A stretch of DNA of 64,000 nucleotides. Source: an uncultured Gemmatimonadales bacterium (GTDB lineage: Bacteria; Gemmatimonadota; Gemmatimonadetes; Gemmatimonadales; Gemmatimonadaceae). The notes below the pieces were generated by a model that was not told where the DNA came from, ran no database searches, and saw only the letters and a program-made list of their open reading frames with translations. Shown here one piece after another: positions 20,488 through 31,782 of this stretch (within the stretch, counting starts at the first letter, position 1; the number at the start of each line of letters is the position of its first letter). The stretch lies in NCBI GenBank assembly GCA_963851265.1, contig CAWKNZ010000006.1, forward strand, positions 32,001-96,000, read 5' to 3'. Both the position numbers and the translations under genes were made by a program.

Positions 20488-21279
20488 ATGGACGAGAGCA
20501 GGGACGACGGCTCCGAGTATTTCGCACCGCCCGGGCCGACCGACGACGTGACGCCGGCGCGCGAGGCACCCGCGCCCGCACCGGTCGGTCCGACGCGGCG
20601 CACGTTTCTGGCGCAGACCGTCGCGGGCGGCATCGGCCTCGTCGCGCTCGACCCGCTGCTCGGCGTGCTTTCGCAGGAAACCGCGCTCGCCCAACTCGGC
20701 CCGCCGCTGGCGACCGCCGGCGCCGCGAGCACGGCGGGTGCGGCCGCCGAGCACACGGCCCACGTCACGCTCGCCGTCAACGGCGCCGCGCACACGCTCG
20801 ACCTCGACACGCGCGTCACCCTGCTCGACGCGCTCCGCGAGCACCTGCAGCTGACCGGCACCAAGAAGGGGTGCGACCACGGCCAGTGCGGCGCGTGCAC
20901 GGTGCTCGTCAACGGCACGCGCATCAACTCGTGTCTGAGCCTGGCCGTGATGCACGACGGCGACGCCGTCACCACGATCGAGGGGCTCGGCGCGCCGGGG
21001 ACGTTGCACCCGATGCAGGCCGCGTTCGTCAAGCACGACGGCTTCCAGTGCGGCTACTGCACGCCCGGGCAGGTCTGCTCGGCGGTCGCGGTGCTCGACG
21101 AGATCAAGGCCGGGATCCCGAGCCACGTCACCGCCGATCTGACCGCCCGGCCGCAGGCGACCAACATGGAGATGCGCGAGCGGATGAGCGGTAACATCTG
21201 CCGCTGCGGCGCCTACTCCAACATCGCCGAGGCGATGGCCGAGGTCGCGGCGACGCGCGTTGCGGGGAGTCCCACATGA
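20488..21279 (+). CDS. paoA: Aldehyde oxidoreductase 2Fe-2S subunit with Tat signal
   Basis: Tat motif [39 protein letters not shown]. Confidence 0.93.
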   Translation: MDESRDDGSEYFAPPGPTDDVTPAREAPAPAPVGPTRRTFLAQTVAGGIGLVALDPLLGVLSQETALAQLGPPLATAGAASTAGAAAEHTAHVTLAVNGAAHTLDLDTRVTLLDALREHLQLTGTKKGCDHGQCGACTVLVNGTRINSCLSLAVMHDGDAVTTIEGLGAPGTLHPMQAAFVKHDGFQCGYCTPGQVCSAVAVLDEIKAGIPSHVTADLTARPQATNMEMRERMSGNICRCGAYSNIAEAMAEVAATRVAGSPT

Positions 21280-22226
21280 GGCCCTTCAGCTACGAACGCG
21301 CCAAGACCCCGGCGGAGGCGGCGGCCGCGGTCGCGCGCACGCCCGGCGCGAAGTTCATCGCCGGCGGCACCAACCTGCTCGACCTGATGAAGCTGCAGAT
21401 CGAGACGCCGACGCACCTCGTCGACGTCCGCGATCTCAAGCTCGACCGGATCGAGCCCACGGCCGAGGGCGGGCTGCGGATCGGCGCCCGGGTGACGAAC
21501 ACGAACCTGGCCGCGGACGAGCGGGTCCGCCGCGACTACGGCGTCCTGTCGCGCGCGATCGTGGCCGGCGCCTCCGGCCAGCTGCGGAACAAGGCGACGA
21601 CGGCCGGCAACCTGCTCCAGCGCACCCGCTGCCCGTACTTCTACGACACGGCGATGCCGTGCAACAAGCGCGCGCCCGGGTCGGGGTGCTCGGCCATCGG
21701 CGGCTACAGCCGCCCGCTCGCGGTGATCGGCTCCAGCGATGCGTGCATCGCCACGCACCCCGGCGACATGGCGGTCGCGATGCGCGTGCTCGACGCGAAG
21801 GTCGAGACGGTGCGGCCCAACGGGTCGACGCGCGTCCTGCCGATCGCCGACTTCCACCGGCTACCCGGCAATACGCCGCAAATCGACACCAATCTGGAGC
21901 GCGGCGAGCTGATCACCGCGGTCACGCTGCCGCCGGCGGTCGGCGGGGCGCACTTCTACCACAAGGTGCGCGACCGCGCGTCCTACGCGTACGCGCTCGT
22001 CTCGATCGCCGCCATCGTGCAGCGCGACGGCTCCGGCCGCGTCGCGGTCGGCGGAATCGCCCACAAGCCGTGGCGGGTCGAGGCGGCCGAGCGCGAGATG
22101 CCGCGCGGCGCGAAGGCCGTGGCGGCGCGGCTGCTCGCCGGCGCGCGGCCGACGCGCGACAACGCATTCAAGCTCCCGCTGGTCGAGCGCACGCTCGCCG
22201 CGGTCCTGGCCGACGCGAGGGCCTGA
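21276..22226 (+). CDS. paoB: Aldehyde oxidoreductase FAD-binding subunit
   Basis: [44 protein letters not shown] overlap with paoA. Confidence 0.93.
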   Translation: MRPFSYERAKTPAEAAAAVARTPGAKFIAGGTNLLDLMKLQIETPTHLVDVRDLKLDRIEPTAEGGLRIGARVTNTNLAADERVRRDYGVLSRAIVAGASGQLRNKATTAGNLLQRTRCPYFYDTAMPCNKRAPGSGCSAIGGYSRPLAVIGSSDACIATHPGDMAVAMRVLDAKVETVRPNGSTRVLPIADFHRLPGNTPQIDTNLERGELITAVTLPPAVGGAHFYHKVRDRASYAYALVSIAAIVQRDGSGRVAVGGIAHKPWRVEAAEREMPRGAKAVAARLLAGARPTRDNAFKLPLVERTLAAVLADARA

Positions 22227-22230
22227 CGCC

Positions 22231-24450
22231 ATGAAATTCGACACCCCCGCGGGCCGCAACCCGATCGACCAGCTCAAGGTGGTCGGCCACGCGACCGACC
22301 GCGTGGACGGTCCGCGCAAGACCACCGGCACCGCCCCGTACGCGTACGAACGCCACGACGTCGCGCCCAACCAGGCGTACGGCTTCGTGCTCGGCAGCGG
22401 CATCGCCAAGGGACGCATCACGCGCATGGACACCGCGGGCGCCAAGGCCGCCCCCGGCGTCCTCGCCATCGTCACCACGCTCGACGCGCCCCGGCTCGGC
22501 AAGGGGCGGATGAACATCGCCGCGCTGTTCGGCGGGCCCGAGGTGCAGCACTACCACCAGGCGATCGCGGTGGTGGTGGCGGAGACGTTCGAGCAGGCGC
22601 GCGCGGCGGCGGCGCTGATCCGCGTCGACTACGCGCGGCAGCCGGGCCGGTTCGACCTCGCCGCGGAGGCCCCGACCGCGCCGCCGGTCGGGGGCAGCAG
22701 CGGCGAGGGGAGCAGCGCGCCGCCGGTCGACCGCGTCGGGAACTTCGAGGCGGCGTTCGCCGCGGCGCCCGTCACGCTCGACGCCACCTACACGACGCCC
22801 GACGAGAGCCACGCGATGATGGAGCCCCACGCCACGGTCGCGGCGTGGGAGGGCGACAGGCTCACGGTGTGGACGTCCACACAGATGGTGGCGTGGACGC
22901 GGGGCGACCTCGCGCGCACGTTAGGCATTCCGCCGGCGAACGTGCGCGTCGACTCGCCCTACGTGGGCGGGGGCTTCGGCGTGAAGCTCTTCCTGCGCGC
23001 GGACGCGGTGCTCGCGGCGTTGGGCGCCAGGGCGGCGGGGCGCCCGGTGAAGCTGGCGCTCACCCGCCCGCTCATCGCCAACAACACCACGCACCGGCCG
23101 GCCACCATCCAGCGCGTCCGCCTGGGCGCGACGCGCGACGGCCGCCTCACGGCGATCGCGCACGAGAGCACGAGCGGCAATCTCCCGGGCGGCAAGCCCG
23201 AGACCGCCGTGTCGCAGACCAAGCTCCTGTACGCGGGCGCCAACCGCCTGATCGCGATGCGCCTCGCGAAGCTCGATCTCCCGGAGGGCAACGCGATGCG
23301 CGCCCCGGGGGAGGCGCCGGGGCTGATGGCGCTCGAGGTGGCGATGGACGAGATGGCGGAGAAGCTGCGGATGGATCCGGTCGAGTTCCGCGTCGTCAAC
23401 GACACGCAGGTCGATCCCGAGAAGCCCGCGCGGCACTTCTCGGAGCGGCGGCTGGTCGAATGCCTGCGGCAGGGCGCCGAGCGCTTCGGGTGGAGCCGGC
23501 GCAACGCCACGCCCGGCTCGGTGCGCGAAGGACACTCGCTCATCGGCATGGGAATGGCCGTCGGGTTCCGCAACAACATCGTGATCAAGTCCGCGGCCCG
23601 CGTACGGCTCGACGGCCACGGCGTCGTCACGGTCGAGACCGACATGACCGACATCGGGACGGGCAGCTACACGATCATCGCCCAGACCGCCGCGGAGACG
23701 ATGGGCGTCCCGCTCGATCGCGTCGTGGTGAAGCTGGGCGACTCGGATTTCCCGGCCTCGTGCGGATCGGGCGGACAGTTCGGCGCCAACAACTCGACGG
23801 CGGGCGTCTACGCCGCGTGCATGAAGCTGCGCGAGGCGGTCGCGGCCAGACTCGGCCTGGACGCCGCCACGCCGACCTTCGCCGACGGGCGCGTGCGCGC
23901 CGGCGAGCGGAACGTCGCGCTCGCGGATGCCGCGCGCTCGGGCGAACTCGTCGCCGAGGACGGGATCGAGTACGGCGACCTCGCGAAGCAGTACCAGCAG
24001 TCGACGTTCGCCGCCCACTTCGTCGAAGCAGCCGTCGACGCCTACACCGGCGTGCCCCGCGTACGGCGGATGCTCGCGGTGTGCGCCGCGGGACGGATCC
24101 TCAACCCCAAGACGGCGCGCAGCCAGGTGATCGGCGCGATGACGATGGGCGTCGGCGCGGCGCTCATGGAGGAGCTGGCGGTGGACACGCGCTACGGCTT
24201 CTTCGTCAATCACGACCTCGCCGGCTACGAGGTGCCAGTGCACGCCGACATCCCGCACCAGGACGTCATCTTCCTCGACGAGGTCGACGACACGTCGTCG
24301 CCGATGAAGGCCAAGGGCATCGGCGAGCTCGGACTGTGCGGCGTCGGCGCCGCCATCGCGAACGCCGTCTACAACGCCACCGGTGTGCGCGTGCGCGACT
24401 ACCCGCTCACGCTGGAAAAGCACCTCGAACGGCTGCCCGCGATCACCTGA
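22231..24450 (+). CDS. paoC: Aldehyde oxidoreductase molybdopterin-binding subunit
   Basis: MKFDTPA..NPIDQLKVVG, HAMMEPH, VGGGFG, MRAPGEAPG, KAKGIGELG. Confidence 0.93.
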   Translation: MKFDTPAGRNPIDQLKVVGHATDRVDGPRKTTGTAPYAYERHDVAPNQAYGFVLGSGIAKGRITRMDTAGAKAAPGVLAIVTTLDAPRLGKGRMNIAALFGGPEVQHYHQAIAVVVAETFEQARAAAALIRVDYARQPGRFDLAAEAPTAPPVGGSSGEGSSAPPVDRVGNFEAAFAAAPVTLDATYTTPDESHAMMEPHATVAAWEGDRLTVWTSTQMVAWTRGDLARTLGIPPANVRVDSPYVGGGFGVKLFLRADAVLAALGARAAGRPVKLALTRPLIANNTTHRPATIQRVRLGATRDGRLTAIAHESTSGNLPGGKPETAVSQTKLLYAGANRLIAMRLAKLDLPEGNAMRAPGEAPGLMALEVAMDEMAEKLRMDPVEFRVVNDTQVDPEKPARHFSERRLVECLRQGAERFGWSRRNATPGSVREGHSLIGMGMAVGFRNNIVIKSAARVRLDGHGVVTVETDMTDIGTGSYTIIAQTAAETMGVPLDRVVVKLGDSDFPASCGSGGQFGANNSTAGVYAACMKLREAVAARLGLDAATPTFADGRVRAGERNVALADAARSGELVAEDGIEYGDLAKQYQQSTFAAHFVEAAVDAYTGVPRVRRMLAVCAAGRILNPKTARSQVIGAMTMGVGAALMEELAVDTRYGFFVNHDLAGYEVPVHADIPHQDVIFLDEVDDTSSPMKAKGIGELGLCGVGAAIANAVYNATGVRVRDYPLTLEKHLERLPAIT

Positions 24451-24492
24451 TCGGGCAACGCAGCGTCACGGGCTTCGACACCGCGGCGGCGG

Positions 24493-27183
24493 TCACGCGC
24501 CGACGAGCACGCGGTCGGCCGTCGTCTGGTCGGCGCCGCCGCGCGCGTCGACGGCTCTCGCCGCGTCCCCGGCCCCGAGGCCGAGCAATGCGGCGATGGC
24601 CACGGGGCTGACGGGCCGGCTGAAGTGGTAGCCCTGGGCGAGCGGGCATCCCATCGCCCGGAGCGCCGCGGCCTGGTCCGCCGATTCGACGCCCTCCGCC
24701 ACCGTGCGCAGCTCCAGCGCGTCGCCGAGCGCGACGATGGCCGCGGCCAGCGCGGCGGGCTGTCCGCCGCTGGCGACCTCGTCGACGAAGCTCTTGTCGA
24801 TCTTGAGCACGTCGATGGGAAACTGGCGCAGGTAGCTGAGTGCCGAGTAGCCGGTGCCGAAGTCGTCGATGGCCAGGCGGATGCCGAGCGCCTTCAGGGC
24901 TACCAGCCGCTGGCGCGCGAGTTCCGGGTGGTGGATGACGGTACTCTCGGTCAACTCGAGCACCAGGCGCTCCGCAGGGAACCCACTGGCCGTGAGCGCG
25001 GCCTCGACCTCGCCGACGAACCCGACCTGTTGCAGCTGCCGCCCCGACACGTTGACCGTGACCGAGAACCCGGGAATGCCGCGCGCGGCGCCGTCCGCGG
25101 CCCACGCCGCCCCCTGACGACACGCCTCTTCGAGCACCCAACGCCCGAGCGGCCGGACGAGCCCCGTCTCTTCGGCCAGCGGGATGAACGCGGCCGGCGA
25201 GACCACGTCGTGCCCGGGCCGGTGCCAGCGCACCAGCGCCTCCACCCCGGTGAGCACCCCGGTTGCGAGGTCGATGATCGGCTGGTACACGAGGCGAAAC
25301 TCGCCAGCCTCGAGTCCGTGTCGTAAGGCCGCCTCGAGCGCCACGCGCTCGACGGCGGTGGCGTGCATGGCCGGCTCGAACACCACGGCCTGGCCGCGAC
25401 CCCGCGCCTTGGCCTCGTAGAGCGCGAGGTCGGCGTCGCGGAGCAGCGCGTCGACCGGCGCGAGCGCGGCGGACGGCGCCGGTGCCGTGTCGGACGCGTC
25501 CGCCCCGCCGCGCGCGATCCCGATGCTGCCGCCGACGGTGACCGTCGTCCCGTGCACCGTGAACGGGCGCGCGAGCGCGTCGACGATGCGATCCGCGGCG
25601 GCGAGCGCGTCGGTCAGGCCACCGACGCGCTCGAAGAGGACGGCGAACTCGTCGCCCCCGAGCCGCGCCACCAAGTCGCAACCGCGCGTCGTGTGGAGGA
25701 GCCGCGCCGCCACCTCGACGAGCAGGGCGTCGCCGACCAGGTGCCCGGCCGAGTCGTTGACGAGCTTGAAGCCGTCGAGGTCCAGCGTGAGCACGACGAC
25801 GCGGCTCGCATCCCCGTTCGCCGCCACCGCGCGCGCGATCGCCGCCTCGGCGCGCTCGCGGAACCGGGCCCGGTTGGCGAGTCCGGTGAGCGGGTCGTGG
25901 TAGGCGCGGTGGACGAGCTGCGATTCGAGCGCGCGGTATTCGGTGATGTCCTGCAGCATGCCGACGAGCCCCGGCCGGCCGTCCGGGAGGCTGTCGATGC
26001 GCGACACGTTCAGGGCACACAGGCGCTCCACCCCGTCCTTGCGGCGGAAGCGCTTCTCGACGGCCACGTGGTCGCGCTCGCCCGCCTTGAGAGCGCGCAC
26101 GGGCTCGCGGGTCACGGCGGCGTCCTCAAGCGGCGAGAGGTCGGCGGCCCGCATGCTCCGGAGCTCCTCCCGTGAGTAACCGACGATCGCCTCGTAGGCA
26201 CGGTTGGCTTCGAGGATGCGGCCCTCGTCGTCGTGCAGGGCGATGCCGACGGCCGCGTGCTCGAAGATCGACCGCAGGCGGGCCTCGCTCGCCTGGAGCG
26301 CGTCGCGTGACGCGGCGAGCTGGCGACGGTGGCGACGGTCCGCGGCGGCCGCGAGCACCGCAGCGCCGAGGATGAGGACGGCACCCGCCGTGACCGCCGC
26401 GGCGAGCCCGCCGCTCGCGAGCACGGGGGCCCCGCCGCGCGGGGTGTCGGAGGGCCAACCGGCGCCGGCCGATGGCGTGGCCGGGAGCGGCGTGAAGCGC
26501 GCCGCGGCCATTCCGGTGTAGTGCATGCCGGCGATCGCGAGCCCCATCACCGCAGCAGCCCCCGCGCGCGCCCAACGCTCCGCGACGCTCCGCACGTTGC
26601 CGAGGCGCGTGAGCAGCCAGAGCGCCGCCGTCGCGGCCACGACCGCGACCACGAGCGAGGCCGCGACGAGCACCGGCGACCAGATGAGCGCGGCGGGCAT
26701 CCGCAACGCCCACATGCCCGTGTAGTGCATGCCGGCGATGGCGAGCCCGAGCGCGAGACCGCCGACGACGAGGGCCCCCGCGCTCAGCCGCCCGCGCCGC
26801 ACCACGCTGAGCGCGAGCGCGCAGGCCCCGACGGCCACGGCGACTGACGCCACCACACGCGGCACGTCGTAGGCGATCGGCACCACCGCGCCGGCGCTCG
26901 GGCCGCCCGACGCGGCGTGCGCGTGGGCCATCGCCAGTCCGGCCGGCGCGTGCACGTGCAGCGCGAGCATGCCGATGAAGTGCATGCTCCAGATGCCGAC
27001 GCCGAGCACGAGCGACCCGCCCGTGAGCCACGCCAGCTGACTCCGTCCCGTTGCCGCGCTCGTCCGACCGGCGAGGTCGAGTGCGACGTGCGATGCGAGT
27101 GCGGCCAGGACCACGGAGAGCGTGACGAGGCCCGGACCGTAACTGGTTTCGAAGGCACAGCCAGTGAGGCAGGCGGCAGGCAT
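24493..27183 (-). CDS. MHYT-PAS-GGDEF-EAL diguanylate cyclase/phosphodiesterase
   Basis: MHFIGM and MHYTGM x2, a PAS domain, intact RLGGDEF, EALVRW and DDFGTGYS. Confidence 0.93.
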   Translation of the reverse strand: MPAACLTGCAFETSYGPGLVTLSVVLAALASHVALDLAGRTSAATGRSQLAWLTGGSLVLGVGIWSMHFIGMLALHVHAPAGLAMAHAHAASGGPSAGAVVPIAYDVPRVVASVAVAVGACALALSVVRRGRLSAGALVVGGLALGLAIAGMHYTGMWALRMPAALIWSPVLVAASLVVAVVAATAALWLLTRLGNVRSVAERWARAGAAAVMGLAIAGMHYTGMAAARFTPLPATPSAGAGWPSDTPRGGAPVLASGGLAAAVTAGAVLILGAAVLAAAADRRHRRQLAASRDALQASEARLRSIFEHAAVGIALHDDEGRILEANRAYEAIVGYSREELRSMRAADLSPLEDAAVTREPVRALKAGERDHVAVEKRFRRKDGVERLCALNVSRIDSLPDGRPGLVGMLQDITEYRALESQLVHRAYHDPLTGLANRARFRERAEAAIARAVAANGDASRVVVLTLDLDGFKLVNDSAGHLVGDALLVEVAARLLHTTRGCDLVARLGGDEFAVLFERVGGLTDALAAADRIVDALARPFTVHGTTVTVGGSIGIARGGADASDTAPAPSAALAPVDALLRDADLALYEAKARGRGQAVVFEPAMHATAVERVALEAALRHGLEAGEFRLVYQPIIDLATGVLTGVEALVRWHRPGHDVVSPAAFIPLAEETGLVRPLGRWVLEEACRQGAAWAADGAARGIPGFSVTVNVSGRQLQQVGFVGEVEAALTASGFPAERLVLELTESTVIHHPELARQRLVALKALGIRLAIDDFGTGYSALSYLRQFPIDVLKIDKSFVDEVASGGQPAALAAAIVALGDALELRTVAEGVESADQAAALRAMGCPLAQGYHFSRPVSPVAIAALLGLGAGDAARAVDARGGADQTTADRVLVGA

Positions 27184-27395
27184 GCGAGGCGTGCGTGGAC
27201 GATATCGAGCGGGCCGTCGCGGAACGGACCGGATCAGGGAGGACGACGCTCCCGGCCGTTCGCCACGCAGGGCGCGGCCGCGAGCGACCACCGCCCGTGC
27301 CGGCGCGCGACACCGAGCGACGGCACGGCAACGTGTCGGCCGGCGCGAGCTGTACGTTCCATTGCGACGGCGCCCACCCCTGTGACAGGATCGGC

Positions 27396-28355
27396 ATGCG
27401 CATCGAACACCCCGTCGACCTCGCCCTGCGTCCCTACGTCCAGAGCCTGTGGTCGGTGGAGCGCGCCTTCGTGCCGCCGGCCGACACGTTCACGCTGCTG
27501 CCGGACCGCTACGTGGAGCTCGTGTTCAGCGGGGGCGCCCGCTTCGTCGTCGATCAGGGCGAGGCGGATTCGCAGGACTCCCCGAAGCCCACGGCCGCGG
27601 AGCGTGTCTCACCGCCGCGCGTCCTCCCGCGCGCGTACGTCGTCGGGCTGCTGGACGGGCCGGTGCGGCTCCGGGCGCACGGCACCGTGCGGGCCGTCGC
27701 GGCGCGCTGCCACGCCTGGAACGTCGCCCCGCTGCTCGCCCCCCTGCTCGCCCCCCTGCGCACGCCGCCGGGCCGGGCAGCGCCGGACGGCTTCGGCGGC
27801 CTCCGGCCGCTTCACGCCGCGCACGCGCCGCTCGCGGACGAGATCGCGGCGCGGCTGACGGCCGGCGACGTGGACGCGGCACTCGGCCGGCTGTGCGACC
27901 TGCTGCGGCCGCTCGCGGCCGGCGCGCCGGCCGTGCCCGCCCACGTGCGCCGCGCGGGGCACGCGTTAGGCAGCGAGTCAGGCGACGGCGCGAGCGGTGC
28001 GGCGCAACGCGCGCCGGTGCGGCGGGCGGCGTCGGCGGGCGGGCGCACGGCGCGGCAGCTCGAGCGACAGTTTCGCGCCCTCGCCGGCGTGACGCCCAAG
28101 GGCTACGCGCGACGGGCCCGCTTCGAGCAGGCGCGCGACCGCCTCTGGGCAGCGCCCGCGACGCGCCTGAGCGAGCTGGCGGCCGCGTGCGGGTACGCGG
28201 ACCAGGCACACCTCACGCGCGAGTTCGCCGCGTTCGCGGGCGTACCGCCCGGCCGCTGGGCCGCCGGGGTCGTCCGGACGCGGGCCCTGCTCCACCCGGG
28301 CCTCTCGGAGCAACGCGAGCGCGAGCCCGACGTCGCGTTCGTGCAAGACGCCTGA
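27396..28355 (+). CDS. AraC family regulator (DUF6597-like N-domain)
   Basis: LRPYVQSLW, LLPDRYVELVF, RQLERQF, GYADQAHLTREF. Confidence 0.88.
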   Translation: MRIEHPVDLALRPYVQSLWSVERAFVPPADTFTLLPDRYVELVFSGGARFVVDQGEADSQDSPKPTAAERVSPPRVLPRAYVVGLLDGPVRLRAHGTVRAVAARCHAWNVAPLLAPLLAPLRTPPGRAAPDGFGGLRPLHAAHAPLADEIAARLTAGDVDAALGRLCDLLRPLAAGAPAVPAHVRRAGHALGSESGDGASGAAQRAPVRRAASAGGRTARQLERQFRALAGVTPKGYARRARFEQARDRLWAAPATRLSELAAACGYADQAHLTREFAAFAGVPPGRWAAGVVRTRALLHPGLSEQREREPDVAFVQDA

Positions 28356-28473
28356 GTCGGCGAGGGCTACCCTGGGAGCACCAGCGCGCCCGCCCCCGAA
28401 CGACGCTCCGCGCGTCGTCCTGCCGGGCGTTGCGCGTTCTCTCGTCACTCTCCAACCCCCGCACGAGGCCCCG

Positions 28474-28953
28474 ATGTCCAACCCCGTATCGCACGACGCG
28501 TCCCGTCGAACGCCGCCCCGCACGCCCTCGGCGGCCCTGGCCAACGTCAACCTGTTCGTTCGCGACCCGGAGCGCGCGCGCCACTTCTACGTCGAGGCGC
28601 TCGGGCTCAAGGACGACGCGCGCTCGGCCCCGCCCCACTTCGTGCTGCTCGACGCGGGCGGCGGCTGCACCCTCACCATCCAAGCGGCGGAGGCGGTGGG
28701 CGAGTCGCTCGATCGCGACGTCACCAACGGCTGCCCCGTGGAACTCGGGTTCGAGCTCGCGGTCGACGGCGCGGACGCCGCGGCGGCGCTCGACGCGGTA
28801 TGCGCGCGCGTCACGGCGGCGGGCGGCCTGGTCGGCACGCCGCAGGTGATGGGCTGGGCGAGTGCTGTGGACGGCCGTGACCCCGACGGGTACCGGATCA
28901 CCGTGTTCGTCCGCTCGCCCGAGGGGCGGCCGGCTCCGGATCCGCCGCGATGA
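28474..28953 (+). CDS. VOC/glyoxalase family protein
   Basis: VNLFVRDPERARHFYVEALG and RDPDGYRI. Confidence 0.88.
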   Translation: MSNPVSHDASRRTPPRTPSAALANVNLFVRDPERARHFYVEALGLKDDARSAPPHFVLLDAGGGCTLTIQAAEAVGESLDRDVTNGCPVELGFELAVDGADAAAALDAVCARVTAAGGLVGTPQVMGWASAVDGRDPDGYRITVFVRSPEGRPAPDPPR

Positions 28954-29064
28954 CGCCCCTGGCACGGCGGTCGTGACGGCAATGCTGACCGCCCGCGCCG
29001 GGCACGGGCCCGACTGCACCCGTGAACGGCGCACCGAGCACGGCACCAGCGCGGCAGCGTCGGG

Positions 29065-31131
29065 TCAGGTGTAAGCCAGCGACCGCGCGCGACGTTCGGC
29101 GGGCCGCGGCGGGGTGGACAGCGCGTCGAGGTGCGAAGCCGGCGCTGGTGCCTGCCGCACCGGAACGGTCGCACTGCAATCGCGCAGCCGGAACTCGCCC
29201 ACGACTTCCTGCAACCGCTCGGCCTGCGCCGAGAGCTCGGTCGCGGCAGAGGCGCTCTCCTCGGCGTTGGCCGCCGTCTCCTGCGTGCCGGCGTTCAGCT
29301 CGCCGACGGCCGTCGTGATCTGGCGGACGCCCGTCGTCTGCTGCTCCGCGGCTGCCGCGATCTCGGCGACGACCTCGGCCGTGCGCGCCACGCGGCGCGT
29401 CACGTCGTCGAACTCGGTGGCGACGCGTTGCCCGAGCGTCACGCCGCCGTTCACGCGTTGCACGCTGTCGTCGATCAGCGCCGCCGTCTCGCGCGCCGCC
29501 TGTGCGGAGCGTTGGGCCAGCGCGCGCACCTCTTCCGCGACCACCGCGAAGCCGCGCCCCGCGTCGCCCGCGCGAGCCGCCTCGACCGCGGCGTTGAGCG
29601 CGAGCAGGTTCGTCTGGAAGGCGATCTCGTCGATCGTCCGCACGATGCGCGCGGTCTGATCGGCGGCGGTCTTGATGTCGGTCAGCGCCGTCGCGAGCTC
29701 GCGCATCGTCGCGGCCCCGTTCTGGACGCCGACCTGCGTATCCGTCGAGAGCCCGCGCGCCTCCTGGGCGTTGGCCGACGTGCTCTCGGCCATCGAGGTG
29801 AGCTCGTGCACGCTCGCCGCGATCTCCTCAAGCGTCGCTGCCTGCCGCGACGCGCGCCCGGCGAGCGACTCGCTCCCGCCGGCGATCTGCGCGCCCGCGG
29901 CGCTCACCTGCTCGCTCGACGTGCTCACCTCCTCGAGGGCGGTCCCGAGTGCGGCGAGTGCCGAGTTGAGCGCGTCCTTGACGCGGGCGTGGTCGCCCGC
30001 GTACGCGCCTTCCACGCGCCCCGTGAGGTCGCGCGCGGCGAGGCGCTCGAGCACGGAGGTCGTCTCCTGCATCGGCGCCGTGACCGCGTCGAGCGTGGCG
30101 TTGAGCCCCTCGACCAGCCCGGCGAACGCGCCGCGGAACCGGCGCGCGTCGCCGCGCTTCGACAGGTCGCCGGCCGCCGCGGCGGCCGTCAACACCGTCG
30201 TTTCGGCGTGCAACCCGCGCACCGTGCCGCGCAGGTCGCGCATCGCGAGCCCGAGTTGGTCGTCGTCGCCGCGCACCACGACCTCCGAGTCGACGTCGCC
30301 CGCCGCGAGTGCGCCGGCCGAGGCCGCGAGCGCGCGCTGTGACGCGATCACCGTTCGGAAGGTGTCGGCGAGCTCGCCGATTTGGTCGCGCGCGTTGTAG
30401 GCGATGTCGACGTCCACCACGCCGCGTGCGACCTGCTCGGCGCCGCGTACGAGTTCCGCGAGTGGGCGCGTGATCCGGCGTACGGCGGCGACGCTCGCCA
30501 GGGCGGCGGCGGCGAACAGCACCGCCGTGACGAGCGCGAGGCGCTGCCGCTCGCGGGCGACCTCGACCGGCTCGGCCGCCGACACGGCAGCCGCACGCGC
30601 ACCCAGGTGCGTGTTGAGCTCCGTCAGCAGGTCATTCGGCGCGCGGTCGCGGCCCTTCACCATGCTGTCGGCGACGGACGGCTCGAGCCCGCGGCCGGCG
30701 ACGAACACCGTCAGCGCGGCGTCGTAATCCTGATCGAGCTTCGTCAGCGCCGTGCCGAACGCGTCCACGAGCCGCGTCGCCGCCGTATCGCCGGCGACGG
30801 CCGTGCGCAGCGAATCGGCGTAGAGGTGGACCGTCGCCCCCTCGGCGTGGAACGCGCCGACGTACTTCTCCCGCGCATCCGTCTTGGAGCCGCGCAGGAG
30901 CACGTTCTTCCATTCCTGCACCTGCGTCTTGAAGCGCAGCTGCGTCGTGGTGCCGATGCGGCGCGCGCGGATCGGCCCGTTGATGATCTGCGAGTACGCA
31001 GTGTCGAGCGCCGCCTGACGGGCGAGCAGGGTGGTCGTGAGGCCCGCGCCGATGGCGAGGCAGAGCCCGACGACGAGGTAGATCCGTCGGCTGACGGTGA
31101 GAGTCCACATGAAGCGCGAGAGGCGGGGCAT
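29065..31131 (-). CDS. Methyl-accepting chemotaxis protein
   Basis: Two TM segments, a periplasmic domain ([12 protein letters not shown]), HAMP repeats and [34 protein letters not shown]. Confidence 0.95.
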   Translation of the reverse strand: MPRLSRFMWTLTVSRRIYLVVGLCLAIGAGLTTTLLARQAALDTAYSQIINGPIRARRIGTTTQLRFKTQVQEWKNVLLRGSKTDAREKYVGAFHAEGATVHLYADSLRTAVAGDTAATRLVDAFGTALTKLDQDYDAALTVFVAGRGLEPSVADSMVKGRDRAPNDLLTELNTHLGARAAAVSAAEPVEVARERQRLALVTAVLFAAAALASVAAVRRITRPLAELVRGAEQVARGVVDVDIAYNARDQIGELADTFRTVIASQRALAASAGALAAGDVDSEVVVRGDDDQLGLAMRDLRGTVRGLHAETTVLTAAAAAGDLSKRGDARRFRGAFAGLVEGLNATLDAVTAPMQETTSVLERLAARDLTGRVEGAYAGDHARVKDALNSALAALGTALEEVSTSSEQVSAAGAQIAGGSESLAGRASRQAATLEEIAASVHELTSMAESTSANAQEARGLSTDTQVGVQNGAATMRELATALTDIKTAADQTARIVRTIDEIAFQTNLLALNAAVEAARAGDAGRGFAVVAEEVRALAQRSAQAARETAALIDDSVQRVNGGVTLGQRVATEFDDVTRRVARTAEVVAEIAAAAEQQTTGVRQITTAVGELNAGTQETAANAEESASAATELSAQAERLQEVVGEFRLRDCSATVPVRQAPAPASHLDALSTPPRPAERRARSLAYT

Positions 31132-31320
31132 GACGCCGGCGCGGAAGGAGGAGTCGGCCGGCAGGCGGGATACGATCATCGACGATCGGCAGCCGTGGCC
31201 GGTCATGCGATGGTCGAGCGATACCTCCGCGGGTGCCGCGGGTGCGGCACCAATTCGCAACAGAACGCGCCACGGCGTCGACCTGGGGCCGCGTCCCGGC
31301 GGCGCCCAGGCGGCACCGGC

Positions 31321-31758
31321 TCACGGCATCTCGGCGAGCGTCCAGTACTTGTTGAGCGTCGCCATCAGGTCGCAGAAGTTGCTGAAGGTGACGGGCTTGA
31401 GCAGGTAGCCCGCGACGTTCAGGTGGTACGCCTCGATCCTGTCGCGGTCGTGGTTGCTCGTCGTCAGCACCACGACCGGCGTGTGCGCGAGCTGCGGGTC
31501 CTGGCGGAGCGCCCGCAGGAACTCGATGCCGTTCATGCGCGGCATGTTGAGGTCGAGCAGGATGAGCCGCCGCTGGCCCGAGACGCGCCCCGCGCGCAGC
31601 TGCTCGAGCGCTTCGAGTCCGTCGCCCGCCACGAACAGCGGGTTGGCGATGTTGTTCTTCTGAAATGCGCGGCGCACGTTCATCACGTCCACCTCGTCGT
31701 CCTCGACGAGAAGGATGTTCAGCACACGGTCGGCCGCGCTGAGGGGCGCGTAGCTCAT
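31321..31758 (-). CDS. Single-domain response regulator (Rcp1/RcpA-like)
   Basis: ILLVEDD, LILLDLNMP, LTTS, YLLKP, and a C-terminal YW. Confidence 0.92.
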   Translation of the reverse strand: MSYAPLSAADRVLNILLVEDDEVDVMNVRRAFQKNNIANPLFVAGDGLEALEQLRAGRVSGQRRLILLDLNMPRMNGIEFLRALRQDPQLAHTPVVVLTTSNHDRDRIEAYHLNVAGYLLKPVTFSNFCDLMATLNKYWTLAEMP

Positions 31759-31782
31759 CGGCAGCGGGCGGAGCGATCGAAC

